Made by a program: the position numbers and the translations under genes. The notes below the pieces were generated by a model. That model was not told where the DNA came from, searched no databases, and saw only the letters and a program-made list of their open reading frames with translations. Shown here in pieces: positions 40,875 to 54,872 of a DNA stretch of 64,000 nucleotides (the stretch's first letter is position 1; each line of letters begins with the position of its first letter). Origin of the DNA: Octopus vulgaris. Its lineage: Eukaryota. The DNA is taken from NCBI GenBank assembly GCA_951406725.2, contig OX597817.1, positions 129,952,001 through 130,016,000 of the forward strand, given 5' to 3'.

Positions 40875-42525
40875 GCCGCCTCACCTATAACAAGCGAGGC
40901 GGTTACAATAGAGTGTATTGATATTAGCGAAGAAGATGTCCTACTAGCCATAGATGAAGTGGACACAAACTCAACTGCTGGTCCAGATGGTTTCCCACTA
41001 ATCCTCCTCAAAGCGTGTAAGCATGCTCTGGCAAAACCCCTCAAGATTCCCTTCCAGAGCTTTCTTACAAATGGCAAACTGCCAAGCAAGCTGAAGGAGA
41101 GAATAATATGCCCAATACATAAAGGGGGAAGTAGAGCAGATGCCAAAAACTATAGTCCTATCTCTCTGACTTCACACATCAGCAAAGTCATGGAACGGAT
41201 AGTCAGAAAGAAACTAATCGCATTCCTTGAAGAAAATAACTTTCTAAGTGATACCCAGCATGGTCTTTGACCAGGTCGGAGCTGCCTGACCCAGCTCTTA
41301 CAACATTATGACTGGGTGTTGAGGCAGTTACTCAACAAATCAAATGTGGACGTAATCTACCTTGATTTTGCAAAAGTTTTTGACAAGGTGGATCAAGGTA
41401 TGATATGCCACAAACTGCGTGGCCTCGGCATAGCTGGAAATCTTGAAGTGTGGTTTCATGACTTCCTGAAAGATAGGAGTCAGGCAGTAGTGGTTAATGG
41501 AGCCACCTCTATGAACACACAAATAGTGAGCGGTGTTCCACCGGACACTGTCCTGGGACCACTGCGTTTTATAGTGACCCTCTCAGATATGCCCTCAAAT
41601 GCCCGGATAGCCACTCTGGCAAGCTATGCAGACGATACGAAAGTCTCGCAGAAAATACAGAACCACAGTGATGTTGCACACCTGCAGCAGGAGTTGGACT
41701 CAGTCTACAGATGGGCTGAGGATAATAATATGCAGTTTAATGCTGAAAAATTCCAGGCATTGTGCTACCAGCATCCAAAACTGAATATTAAGCTTACAGG
41801 ATACACCGGTCCACAGGGAATTTCAATCCCAGGGCCTAAGTCTGTGAGGGACCTGGGTATCGACATGAGTGAGGATACCACTTTCCAAGTGCACATTACC
41901 AGGATGGCGACAAAGTGCAGACGACTGGCTGGGTGGATCCTAAGAACATTCAGAACCAGAGATAAGGAAACCATGATGGTCCTCTGGCGGACATTAGTCT
42001 TCAGCCGCCGGGATTACTGCTCACAGCTATGGTCACCCACCAGTGTGAAATTAACAGCGGACCTTGACGCTATCCAGAGAAGATTCACAAAGAAGATCGT
42101 CTCTTTGCAACAGCTCAGCTACTGGGAAAGGTTGAAACAGCTAAGACTCTACTCCCTGGAGAGAAGACGGGAGAGGTATGCAATAATATATGTATGGAAG
42201 ATCCTGGAAGGAATTGTGCCAAATTTTGGCATTGTAAGCTACACCAATGCTAGAACGGGACGACACTGCATAGTGCCAAAGATCCCAGCAATGCCATCAT
42301 GCTTCAGGACCAGCTACTGCAACAGCCTGGGTTTTTAATATTCTCCCAGAGAGTCTGAGGAACTTGCACAAAGTAGATATAGAGGTTTTTAAATCAAAGC
42401 TGGACATTCTTCACCAAGTGCCACATATTAGAGGAGGCTCTTCGTAATAACAGTGTAGCACAAAACGGCGGTGCATCAGCATGGCCGCAGCTCTGAGCTG
42501 AAACAAGAAAAACGAAAACGAAAAC
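40875..42525 (+). mobile_element. 5'-truncated CR1-group LINE (RT domain and 3' UTR)
   Basis: AGPDG, KNYSPISLTS, QHG, VDVIYLDFAK, YADDTK and VRDLG motifs; in-frame TGA at 41268; short repeat tail. Confidence 0.95.
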
Positions 42526-42536
42526 GATACATACAT

Positions 42537-42588
<52 letters not shown>

Positions 42589-42596
42589 ACACACAC

Positions 42597-42630
<34 letters not shown>

Positions 42631-42744
42631 ATGTATATAACTAGAGAGAGAGACACACACAAATATATCTATATATAAATATATATATAATATATATTTA
42701 CATATATATACGTGTATCCACACAAACATAAATGTATATGTATG

Positions 42745-42784
<40 letters not shown>

Positions 42785-42856
42785 TATATGTATATATGTA
42801 TGTTTGTGTGTGCATACATACGTATATGCAAGCACACACACAGACATACACACAAA

Positions 42857-42917
<61 letters not shown>

Positions 42918-43121
42918 CATTCTTCGGTTGAGAAGAAATTGAGTACATATTGTAACAAATACAATGTAATGCAATAAAACTGTGAAATAACTTCTGTGGA
43001 ATGTTAAATGGGGATAATGGGGAAACGGGCGATTGTGAGTGAGTTAGTAAGGTGGTGGAGGGGATAACCTGTCACTCACCATTATCATTCTGTCTGTTCG
43101 TCCTTCCTCTGTTTTTATATA

Positions 43122-43545
43122 TATCTTTATCTTTTACTTGTTGCAGTCATTGGAGTGCGGCCATGTTGGTGCACCGCCTTGAAGAGGTTTTATTTTTATT
43201 TTTTTTTTCGGTCGAACAAATCAACCTCATTATGTATCTTTGAAGCTTAGTATTTATTATATTGGTGTCTTGCCGAACTGTTCAGTTACGTGGGCATAAA
43301 CAAACCAACTCCTTTTGTCAAGCAGTGGTAGGGACAAACCCAAATTCAAAGACACACACACACACAAATTCATACACGTACATGGGCTTCTTTTAGTTTT
43401 CGTTTGTCAAATCCATTCGCAAAGTAGTGATCGGCCCGGGGCTATAGTAGGTGATATTTGCCCAAAATTCCACGCAGTAAGACCGAACCCAGAACCACGA
43501 GATTAGGAAGCAAGCAAATTTCTTACCATAAAGTCGCGTTTGCCA
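43122..43545 (-). mobile_element. SINE family A, diverged
   Basis: Reverse complement of family A tail, core and head. Confidence 0.85.
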
Positions 43546-43689
43546 TAACTTTTTATTTTTTGGTTTAGTCAGGTGTGGAAGGGCAACGCCCTTAAATGTT
43601 TTTAAGGTTTTCAAGAGAGGTGAGGAGAAAAGAGGAGTGTATCCTCAGATCGAAGACATAGCTTGAAGTCTTATTACAACGTGTAAAGC

Positions 43690-44017
43690 GTAAAGACCCT
43701 CTTCGGTCGTGAATGACCGTGCGAATGCACCGCGAAAGTTACCCTCTGCGGCACAAGTCGAGGCAAGGTCGTTTATGGAAGACCAGCAGTCGCCCATGCA
43801 AATCAGCCTTTCCTCTCCATGCCACCGATGTTATCCAAGGGAAAGATAAAGGCCAATAAATCTCATATCTCATATCACTTCTACAGGTAAGTGAACTGGA
43901 ACAACTTGAAATAAAGTGTCTTGCTCAAGAACACAACACAACCTGGTCCAGGAGTCGAACTCACTACACCGTAATTGTGAGCCCGACGCTCTAACCAGCG
44001 AGTCATGCAGCTTCACA
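43690..44017 (-). mobile_element. SINE family C, tail type 3
   Basis: Reverse complement of 59141-59424. Confidence 0.85.
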
Positions 44018-44390
44018 ACGTGTACTCTACAACTAAAGGGACCAAGAAATCATGTATAATGTCTAACCAACCAATGAAGGTAATCTATAGTTACCATTTG
44101 TGAAATTTTATACAGAAAGTATTGGTTGAGCTGGTACCACGATAGAAAAGATACTTGCACCATATGCCATGCTGTATGACCGAATCCAGGACCACAGAGC
44201 TGTGAGGTGAACCTTAAAGCACACAGCTATTCATGCAGTCATTCATACGAATATTTTAAAATACACACGTGCACACACATACACATACACAAACATACAT
44301 ACACCAAACACATTTACAAATTTATGCATACACATGTACTCACGCAGACTCACACAGGCGCTTACATATAATGTATTTGTGTGTGTATGA

Positions 44391-44427
<37 letters not shown>

Positions 44428-44457
44428 GGAAAGAGGGAAGAAAGAGAGTACTGTCAT

Positions 44458-44504
44458 CTCTAATATCCTCTGTTTCATTCTTTGAGAAACAGAGGATATT
44501 AGAG

Positions 44505-44546
<42 letters not shown>

Positions 44547-44581
44547 TATATAGTGTATATTATATATAGTGTATATATATG

Positions 44582-44622
<41 letters not shown>

Positions 44623-44669
44623 ATACTCTAATATCCTGTTTTATTCTTTGAGAAACAGAGGCTATTAGA

Positions 44670-44670
<1 letters not shown>
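44458..44670. repeat. Duplicated small hairpin separated by a (TA)/(TG) tract
   Basis: 19-bp arms ctctaatatcctctgtttc / gaaacagaggatattagag at 44458-44504; second copy at 44626-44670. Confidence 0.85.
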
Positions 44671-44700
<30 letters not shown>

Positions 44701-44720
44701 GTATATATCTATCTATCTAT

Positions 44721-44771
<51 letters not shown>

Positions 44772-44931
44772 TATATATATATATGTGTGTGTGTGTATAT
44801 ATATGTATATGGATATTCAATATGTATCTACACATGCACACATTTTTTCCCCAGAAGTATCTGTCTACATTAATAAGTACACGAAGGAAACTCGTTAGGT
44901 TTACACGGTTCAGTTTTCAGTACGGTGCAAC

Positions 44932-44985
<54 letters not shown>

Positions 44986-46229
44986 TACATACATTACCAC
45001 GATATAAGGATTCCATTCATTTTCATTGATAATCGTGCTGTTACTTGATTCTTTTCACGCTTGCGCTGTCGGTGTTGCACTATCAGTTTAGCCTTTTGAT
45101 TTCAAGACATTGTAATAAGGTTTCACTAGTTATGTTGCTATAATTGGTGTCTAGCTAGTTATTCATTTGCTAACAACGGCTTATATATCATATAATCATG
45201 GATTATATGCACTATGTCTGGATTCCGACAGGAATCTTTCACAATACATACACGCCTACATACATGCTGCTCTCTCTCTCATTTTAGGCATAGCGGCACT
45301 AATGACTTTTTATTATGTATATGCTTCACAATAAATCGAAAGGCGAGTATAGAGTGTAATGTGAGTATTAATGAAATGACAAAGGAACAGGAGTTACGCA
45401 ACCAGCTTCATTTGTTTATGATTGTTTCTACAATAAGAAACAAAGGATTCAGAACTGCATGCGGGTCCATCGTCTTATAGCAAACTCTGGGCCTTTTAAA
45501 GGAAGTGACTGTTTATTTCGGAAAGCATTTAAATACGTACGAAAGAACACCGTTGAATTGATGGGAAGCTAGTAATATTTATTAAATAATTCCAGTTCCC
45601 TTGTCTTTTCATTAATTTTATACGTACATACCCTGTTGTTGATGTTGAAATTCCAGTGAAGCAGCCTTGGATCTAGGTTAGAAAGCGATTCTTTCTCTAT
45701 TGGCAAAAAATCTTAACATACAAACATACATGCATGCATGCATACATACTTACATACATAGGTACGTACGTACGTACGTGCGTGCGTGCATGCATGCATG
45801 CATGCATGCATGCATACATACATACATACATACATACATACATACATACATACATACATACATACACACATACACATACCACCTGCATTCCTTTATTAGT
45901 CTCTCTCCTCTTTCTCCTTCTTGTTCTTCGTCTTCTTCTTCTCCGCCACCTCCTTCCTTACTTGACTACTATTGCTGTTTAGAATAACACCTACGCAAGT
46001 ATAAACAATACATCCAAAAGAGATGTCTCAAGAATTCAATCACTACTACCATCCACAACAAATCACTTTCAGGGCACTTGACCATTTAGCATCCTAATTT
46101 CTTACCACACAGTCACGCCTGTGTCAACATGCATATATTGTATTCTGAGGGAGATTTTGCTGATATTTCAAATAGACCAGTGTCCACATAGAAACTTTCT
46201 AGTATTCTAGTCACGACCATTTCATCTAT

Positions 46230-46437
46230 TTAGAAATATACTTGGAACTACATTTCCCAATGTGCCCTTTTCTCTTCCAAAACCGAGCTGCGATATGAGA
46301 GAGATTTGGATGCTTTTTCCAGCACATCTCCAGATAACATAAAATGCCTCTTGTCACCTCGTTCTCCCTTGCTAACATTTGAGCTACTAAAATATGAGGA
46401 AGGACAATACTCAGCATTTCCTTTCTTTCTTTCTTTC

Positions 46438-46468
<31 letters not shown>

Positions 46469-46700
46469 TGAATGTCTTTCTCAAATTTTGTGAGAATGAT
46501 TGTAGGGTAGTTTGAGTGGAAGCTAACAAACTGTTTCATATAATACTGAAACTGAGGTAAATTACTCATATAGGATTGGAGTTGATGTATCTAAAAAACA
46601 GGATGACTATTGTAAGACGAATTTCGTTTCCTCTTCAACAAAATTTGTTAAGTTCTTTATTCCTTTGGTCAGAGAAACGAGACGAATGATAAAAGTTATT
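46230..46700 (-). mobile_element. Possible hAT transposase C-terminal remnant
   Basis: CWKKHPNLSHIAARF resembles the hAT dimerisation motif W..(F/Y)PxLS.IA; weak. Confidence 0.3.
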
Positions 46701-46771
46701 GTGAGTCATTGTTTTTCAAATATACAAACAAATATGTATTTGTGTGAGCTTGTGTGTAAGTGCGTGCTTAA

Positions 46772-46826
<55 letters not shown>

Positions 46827-46861
46827 AGCAGGTTCACTTTCAGTGTTCGTTGGGTGTTTGA

Positions 46862-47360
46862 TTAATGAGAGAGACGGAAGTTCACAAAAAAAACAAAAAA
46901 CAAAAGACGAAGACAGGTGGTGTAGACAACAAACAGATGTATTAGTTTAACGCTCGGGAAGTGAAAAAGTCTTTAACGCTTCGAGCCTACGCTCTTCCAC
47001 AGAAAGGAACACAGAAAGAAACAAGGAGAGAAAATAGTACAAAAATGTTTAGAGAGTACAAAAAAGTTTAGAAAGTACAAAAAAGTTAAGAAAAGTTCAA
47101 AAGCTTCGAACGACGTGGTGTATTGGGGCGATTTCTCATTAACAGAGGAGTCGAGTGTAATCCATGGGCAGGAGAGGTGCAGCTGAAGTGTACGAGAGTA
47201 GAAAGTCCCGGTAAAGAATCCAGGTAGAATGGTCCAGTGTAGAAGGTGTAAAAGTTCGTAAGGTACCGCACGAGTGAAAATATATAGGGAAGAGGATTTG
47301 AAAATGCAGAGGTCTTTTAAACATGTTTATTGGCTTGACCGGTTTCACTTTAAAAAAAAA
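46862..47360 (-). mobile_element. Penelope-like element 3' end (GIY-YIG C-terminus plus pLTR with degenerate hammerhead)
   Basis: FSCTSPAHGLHS resembles the PLE TLxPxGLN terminus; cttt-CTGTGGA-a-gagc(gtag)gctc-GAAG-cgtt-aaag at 46971-47006. Confidence 0.7.
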
Positions 47361-47792
47361 AGATTTTCAAAAGTAAAGTGCAAGGCTTTTTGTAGCCTTT
47401 GCGCTGTTAAAGGTTAGTTAACAAAGATGTATTATAATACAGTGATAGGGTCTTTGATAATGATAAGAAAATATTAAGAAATAGAATCTTTGACAATGAT
47501 AAGAAAATGTTAAGAGAAGCTTTATATTAAACAGTTTACATAAAAGTGTTCAAAATAGGCAGTAAAATAAGTTCATAATTGTTCATAAGTTCGTCAGAAA
47601 TCATAACTGTTTATAAAGATTTTAGAGGAATGACCAGCCTTTTTTTTTTCATCTCCAGTCTTGTATATAGAGCTATTGAGAGGATGGGAAGTACTATCGT
47701 TGAGCTTATAGTTCATCATCATCAGCATCTAATTGAGGGACGAGGAACTTAGCCAAAATTGATCTTTGCAGCAGATCATATATATACACATA

Positions 47793-49412
47793 CTAGCAAT
47801 GCATGCCGGCGTTACCCGGGCGTTATGACCTACATGCATATTGTATATTTTGCTCCTTTCTTATGGACAGAATCGGCACAGCTGATATATAGTTAATGGA
47901 ATAATGGAAGTTTTTTTTTTTGTTTAATAATGAAGGGCGAGAGTATAATTTGCATGGGTTTGCATGAAAGTGCTTTCTGTTCTTAAGAAGGATCAGAAGC
48001 TATGCATTGTTTCAGCGTATAAAAGGTTAATATGACTTTGTCCAGAAATCACGTTTTCAAAATTTTAATTTCTTCCTATCCCCACCGCAATTTCTTAATT
48101 TGTAACTTTTTTCAATATTTTTTATCTACGTAGAAAAATACAGAGATTATGAATCTGGGAAATATATAATTTTTATAGTTTAATTTTTCTTAAAGAAACA
48201 CACAATGCCCCTTCTCCAACCTCGCCCGCCCATCACCTACCAGCTTTCAAAAAGTTAAAATCTCCCAATCTATCACTTTTGTCTGATGTTTTCTGCATGC
48301 GTAGAATTCTACTGAAATAGTAAACTTAAAAAATACCAGACTACCACCAGAAAACCCGACATACTAAAAACAACAGAAATTGAAAGAGAGGATAAACGGA
48401 AAATGCGACATTTGCTTTGAAGTGAGATGTTTCTACGCATGTGTGAAACATCGGACGAAATTGATACATTGGAAACAAACCAAAATATTGTCCGAAAATT
48501 ACCTAAAAATTGTGCGCCCCAATCTAGTTTCCGAGGTTATTTTAGTTGTAAAAAAGAGTTGTTGAGCCAAAAACATAGTTTATTTGGCAGATAGATAATA
48601 AGCAGCTTTCTTTATTATAATACACATGTGACTAATTCGGAGAAACATTACTTTAATTATTCACCCATCGTCATGTTTGTAATGCAACACTTTGCAATTT
48701 TGATTTAAATTGAAAGTGTGAAACTATTTTCATTTTCTAATGAAACTTGGTCGTTGTAGAGAAGTGTATTTGAAATAACTATTGCTGGTTATTGAGATAA
48801 CGTAGAAAATATGGAAATGAAAATAAAGTTTATTTGGCATGTGTAATTGATTTGATTGTTCTCGAAGGCGGCGAGATGACAAAATCGTTAGCATGCTGGG
48901 CAAAATGCTTGAGCGGTATTTTGCCTGTCTTTACGTTTTGAGTTCAAATGCCACAAGTGTCAACTTTGCCTTTCATCCTTTTGAGGTCGATAAGTTAAGT
49001 ACCTGTGAGACACTGGGTCGATGTAATCGACTGGACCCCTCTCCCGAAATTTCAGACCTTGCGCCTATAGTAGAAAGGATTTTATTTTTCTGGTCATCAG
49101 TTGGTAAGAATAGAAGTCATTTGACGACACCCTTTTGTTTGTAATTGGCTATCCTGTTGCAGGTTCAATCCGAGGAATACTGAAAAAATATCCATCTTGA
49201 CCATTCCATAAAATAAGAGTATACTGGAGAGCATCATAAGAGGGATGAGTCTGTGAAGCGCGTTTAAGATTGTTATCTCGAACACGAATGAGAAAATCAT
49301 GATTTTCAGCGGGATCACCAACCATAAGGATGGCTACTTCATTAGATGTGGGCTCATTAAAACAGCGTAAAATGTTCTTTACTATAGTTTACTATAGACG
49401 TAGCGAATGCAG

Positions 49413-49460
<48 letters not shown>

Positions 49461-50696
49461 ATAGAATTGATAATACTGAAAAGAGCAAAACGTTCACACA
49501 CGAAGTTCAAGCGAAACGAAATGTAGTCAATATAGATGCAAAACATACTTTCTGTAGCATAGTTATGTTATCAAAAAATGGAAAGTCACCTGTTTAGCAA
49601 ATTAGTAAGCGTCACCAAAGTAAAAAAGTACAGAAAGTCAACATCTATAAAACATGTCCTAAATGTTATAAAATTCAGGCTTGAATGAATGTCAAGGTGA
49701 AAAAAGTGAAAGTTCAAGTAAATTCAGAAGGCATAATTCAATTTTTCGTATAAAAATAATTTATTTTACAATTTTGAAACAAACGCTGAGCCAAATGTAT
49801 AAAAAAGGAAGATGCTGAAAAATGTTTGTAGCAAGGTATAAAACAAATTGACATTACTATATATTTTTGAATTGTGTAACGTTATAGGCTGTAGAATAAA
49901 TACTGAGTAACGCAGTAAAATGGTTGTACGACGTTGATACTCACAGTGATGAAGAATACAAACACTGTTAAAAAAACATTATCTTGAAACTGGTTAGAAG
50001 GAGAGGAATAACATTTCTGTAATTATATTGAAAGAGCCGCTCAGGCTTTCTACTTCGCCAACCAGAATAGTATTTTTTTCCAGATATATTTGCAGGTATT
50101 GTGAGTGGTGTTAAATCAACCAAATCTTCATGTTGGTAGTACTTGAAAGTGAACGTTGTTATTAGTTTGAAGTCCAGGCCGCAAGTAAACTTTCAATATC
50201 GGTGCGTTTCAGTTAGGGGGAGTTACATGCATAAACTATGAGACACATACACACACGTACAAACCTGAAGCCTATCTCTGTCATTGTGTGTGTCTGTCTC
50301 TGTATTTAGATGTATGTGTGTGTATGTGTCAGTCATCACAAAAATGTATGCATAGTGACAGACACATACACCATCACACATATATACTTGTCAGTCATCG
50401 GCCTAACGTAGGTAACGAAAGTGCGAACACACTCATATAGAAAATGTGACGTTATCGTCGTTGTGGTGATAATATAGAATGTTGTTTACGATAGGTGACT
50501 AAAAGAAAAATGATAATGTCAAATTTTTGTAATGCAAATATGTGAATGAAAATATAGTTTACCTGATAGCCAAAAGCTTACTGAATCTTTTGATACCCCT
50601 TACGTGAAAATCGGCAACTCGGTTTTGGAATGCATAAGGTACATACGCACGCACAAACACACACATACAAACTCTCTTTTATAGTTATAGTTATAG

Positions 50697-50697
<1 letters not shown>
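47793..50697 (-). mobile_element. Internally deleted Helitron, possibly composite
   Basis: Minus 5' end A|TCTATAAC at 50697; RepHel fragment NEPTSNEVAILMVG...THPSYDALQY..WNGQDGY...FYSYQLM at 49090-49375; 3' GC hairpin plus CTAG|T at 47793-47820. Confidence 0.75.
48866..49086 (+). mobile_element. SINE family B nested in the Helitron
   Basis: A/B-box head; core gcctttcatccttttgaggtcgataagttaagtacc. Confidence 0.85.
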
Positions 50698-50769
<72 letters not shown>

Positions 50770-50906
50770 ATATATATATATATATGTGTGTATGTATGTA
50801 TGTATGTATATGCGTGTATATACACGCATATAATATATACATACATATATATACATAATACATACATATATATATGTACATGCATATATATATAAATATA
50901 TATATC

Positions 50907-50944
<38 letters not shown>

Positions 50945-51669
50945 GATATATATATAAATATATATATGTTTATATATAAATCTTTGGATATATGAATGTG
51001 CGCGCGCGCGTGCATAAGTGTGCTTGGAAAAGATAATGTAAGAAAAAGATAGTATTCTTCGGATAGGAATAAATGAAGCTGAAAGATGATAAACCATCGT
51101 TTCATAAAGAAACATTCCTAGACCGTTCCAATATACCAATATCGAAATACTGCACTAAATGACAGAAGCTGTTTCCTGAACCAAATTAAATTACTTAGCT
51201 TAGAAACAGATAAGTTGGTTTGACAGCCGGAAATTCCATCATAGAACAGTAAATAGACTATGAGGATTTCATGTCATAACTAATGAACGAGTAATTAAGA
51301 CTGATCATATTTTATTTATTTTATTTTTGACATAGATTTTCAGGTCATTTGTCATCTACTAAAATTAACTACCACATCGAAGTTAGAAACCAGCTGTCTC
51401 ATAATCGGATATTGTTTGTTTGATCACTCCTTCTAAACAATTCAATTTCCCTTTGTCCTTCGTACGTCATTGGCCTTTTTTTTTTTTTTTGCATTTTCTT
51501 TTCTTTTTCTTTGTTTATTTTGTTATATTAGAGCAACAAACTACAAGATTAGAGGAAAAAAAGAAACCCAGCGTTTTGTTGTCAGACGAGTCAATAAAAC
51601 TTCGTAACAGTAGTTAAAGCTTAAAAGAATGTGTGGGGAGTGGTGATTATGTCGGCTTAGATGTAAAGA

Positions 51670-51955
51670 CATCGGTGTTAATATCTTCATGCTGATAGGA
51701 GTCCACTATTCTCTGGTTTTATTCTAATTGCTCTGTGATAGTTTTTAATGCTTCATCGTTGTTAATTGATAATTTCCAATATGCTACTTCGACAACACTA
51801 GAACTGTATCGTCCTCTCACCCCTCCGTTATACATCGTTCTTATATCCCTTGGATACCTACAGTGTCTGACTGCTGGCTTGTTTTATAGACTCAGCTGTA
51901 GTTCTTGATAAAATTGCACTGAATATCTATGAAGACCATTAAGCAATCTTTACTT
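51670..51955 (-). mobile_element. Ancient RTE-like RT remnant
   Basis: LMVFIDI and IRTMYNG resemble RTE MVFIDL and IRxMYxG; many disruptions. Confidence 0.35.
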
Positions 51956-52374
51956 GATTTACACATTGACAAATAAAGTGGCCTGATAGATAGTTGGTTC
52001 TTTCATTCATTGATTCGCTGGCTGGATAGATGGAAAGATGGATAGTGTGAGAAAGGCAGTGAGTGTGAGAGATAAGCAATGAGAGACGAAGAAATCACGA
52101 AACATTTCTTTCAGTCACTCACCGTGAATGAGTGTGTGAAAGAAAACCGAAAGTGTGATGGATGACAAGTATTAGAAAAGTAATTTCTTCTCTATCTTCT
52201 GAAACAAGAGAGTGATCATACACGTTACTAAACCTTCGATTTTTCCTGTAACATGATTTGGTTATTCTCACAGAAAGTTGTGTGTGTGTTTCGTCTGATA
52301 TTTTTCTCATTTTTTCTTGATGATTAAAAGAAATTTTTTTTTAAAAATAGAATATTGATTTTTAATTTTTTTCT

Positions 52375-53110
52375 TCTGCTTGAAATTATCATTCCAAAAC
52401 ATAATGTGATAACAAGTAGATATTATCGATTATCGTAATGTAATAAAAAAAGCCTTCAAAGTTATCATACCCAACGATGTGTGATATCAATATAGTATGT
52501 GATATTACCGTGATAATTATAACGGGCTGAAATTGCTTTGTTTCAAAGTTATCTTCAATTACCATAATGTGGCGACAAGGCCGTCAAATTTAACATTGAT
52601 GATTATATGACAAAATAGCTTCCGGGGCTATTATCGACAGCCATGTATTAATGACGTATAGGTAATCATCGTAACAACAATAATGGTATAAACATACCAT
52701 TGAAAGTTATAAGATAATATAGCGTTCAAAGTTATTATCCACAATCAAGTGATAATAATATGGTAGAAGACTAGACTGGGATAATACAGCATTCCAAAAA
52801 TGTCACCCACACCGATAATGAATATGATATTGCTTTGAAATTTATCATTTGCAATCATAATGGAATATCATAGTTTTTACAGATATCATCATCAACCATC
52901 ATGCCATAACGTAGCTTTCTTAGTTTATCATTTGTAGCTGTTTTAATATCACAATGGACGTTAGGACGACTAAGTCATAAGATTGCCCTCAAAGTTATCA
53001 CCAACCACCATAATGGATGAGATAACACAGCTAGTTAGCAAAGTTATCATCGTCAAGGATAATATAACATACCTTCTAAATTTGTCCTCCACGAACAACT
53101 ATGTGATACG
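52375..53110 (+). repeat. Cryptic degenerate tandem repeat, about 40-45 bp
   Basis: Recurring ttcaaagttatca...cataatgtgata motifs. Confidence 0.7.
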
Positions 53111-53462
53111 AAGTTGAGAATCATAACAACTAGAATGTAATTTCATTATTTTCATGTTATTGACAATTTTTGTCTTCTATAAGCGGATAAATTAATCGCC
53201 TTGTTAATCTTTTCGCAAACAGTACAGATATAAAAAAAAAAAGAAAAAAGAAAAAGAAAACTGTGCTTAATCTTAGCTTTAGCAGCTTAACTGAAACATC
53301 TTTATTTGGATAGGTCGCTAATCTATTTGAGTTATTAAGTTCACTCTCTAATGAACTAAATACATAACCATTCTAGTCTGCAAAATTGGGGCATTTTAAA
53401 ATTAGTGCTTCACTATTACATTGTGGCTAAAATAACTTGGGAAGAGTTCTGAAGACTAGCGC

Positions 53463-53547
<85 letters not shown>

Positions 53548-53549
53548 TG

Positions 53550-53950
53550 TATCTTTTGTTTTACTTGTTTCAGGCATTGGACTACGGCCATGCTGGGGCA
53601 CCACTTTGAAGGGCTTAGTCGAACAAATCGACCCCAGTGCATATTTCTTTTCAATCCTGGTACTTATTCTATCGGTCTTTTTTAGTCGAATCGCTACGTT
53701 ACGGGGACGTAAACAAACCAACACTGGCTATCAAGTGATGAAGGTTGGGGACAAATACGAATACAAAGACACGCACACTTAGATATATACATATATGCAT
53801 AAGACGGGTTTCTTTCATTTTCCCTCTATCAAATCTACTCACAAGTCTTTGGTTGGCCCTAACTGTAGTAGAAGGCACTTGCACACTGTGCTACACAGTA
53901 TGGCTGAACCCGGAAATAAACTTCTTACCATGCAGCCATGACTGCACCTA
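53550..53950 (-). mobile_element. SINE family A
   Basis: Reverse complement of family A. Confidence 0.85.
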
Positions 53951-54287
53951 CACACACTCACACACACACACACACGAAATTCGTGTTAAGCGTAGAAGCT
54001 ATGCACGTTACCAGAATTCTCAACACGGGTGCGATAGAACAACACAATCCTAACATAATTTATAGTAGTTGTGTGAATGGATATAGGGCTGACTAGCTTG
54101 TAGTGACGGAGTTATATAATGTATAAACATGAAGTCAAACCAAATAATGATATTTTAAATTCATTTAATTCGTGATTCAGATAACTAAGGAAAGGGAAAA
54201 CAAAACCAAGGTATGACGAGCATTTCAGGTCATTTAGAATATTTAATTAGAGTAAGGTGAATCAAAAAAGAAGTAGAAGTAATTAAA

Positions 54288-54363
54288 GTCTTACAGCTGT
54301 TTCTGTGATATCTCAGGTAATGGGTCAACACCCCCATACATTGGGCATTCCGTCATCGGAAAC
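54288..54363 (-). ncRNA. Type I hammerhead motif (U4C variant)
   Basis: Minus strand: gttt-CCGATGA...GAAACAGCTGTA-agac; palindromic stem III ACAGCTGT. Confidence 0.6.
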
Positions 54364-54482
54364 AAACTGTGTATGCAGGAAAATTCCAAACAGAGAATTC
54401 ACAATATATAGAAGATAGAAGAATAAAGTTCTCAGTTCATCTTGTTCTGAAAGGTATAGATGTTATATATATATATATATAT

Positions 54483-54872
54483 AGTCGCCTCCAGTTCGTA
54501 TTCGAGCATTGAGTTCATTAGTTTCATCCAGTTTCCTTGGCTGATGTTTGGGCCAAAAGTGACTTTGGAGTCCATATCGGTGGTGAAAGAGTCGTGGGCA
54601 GAACTCGCACGGGATGGTCGGTGCAGGTCGAAGATATTGAGAACGCCTCTTTCTTCTCCTACGTTTTGCATCCTCATTCTGTTGTCTGTTCTGTTCGAAT
54701 GAGCTGGTTCTATTGCAGATAACAGTCATCCAGAACGTCTTATCTATGGCAATCTGGTCCCATGAAGATGGCTGGATGTTAGCTTGAGCCAAGGTCCGTT
54801 TGAGCTGGTCTTTAAAATGGAACTTCGGACCTCCTCTGGGTCTTGTTCCGATTGCACGTTCTCCGTCAAAAA
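54483..54872 (-). mobile_element. RTE-BovB-like LINE 3' end with C-terminal C2H2-like finger
   Basis: RPRGGPKFHFKDQLKRTL...SWDQIAIDK..W...CEFCPRLFHHRYGLQSH. Confidence 0.85.

Noticed and set aside
41316-42338. Functional reverse transcriptase gene
   Set aside because: 5'-truncated, upstream in-frame stop, altered motifs (GVPPDT, AKVFD); a dead copy.
45725-45870. Stepwise tetranucleotide series GTAC-GTGC-GCAT-ACAT
   Set aside because: Ordinary slippage and point-mutation turnover of a microsatellite.
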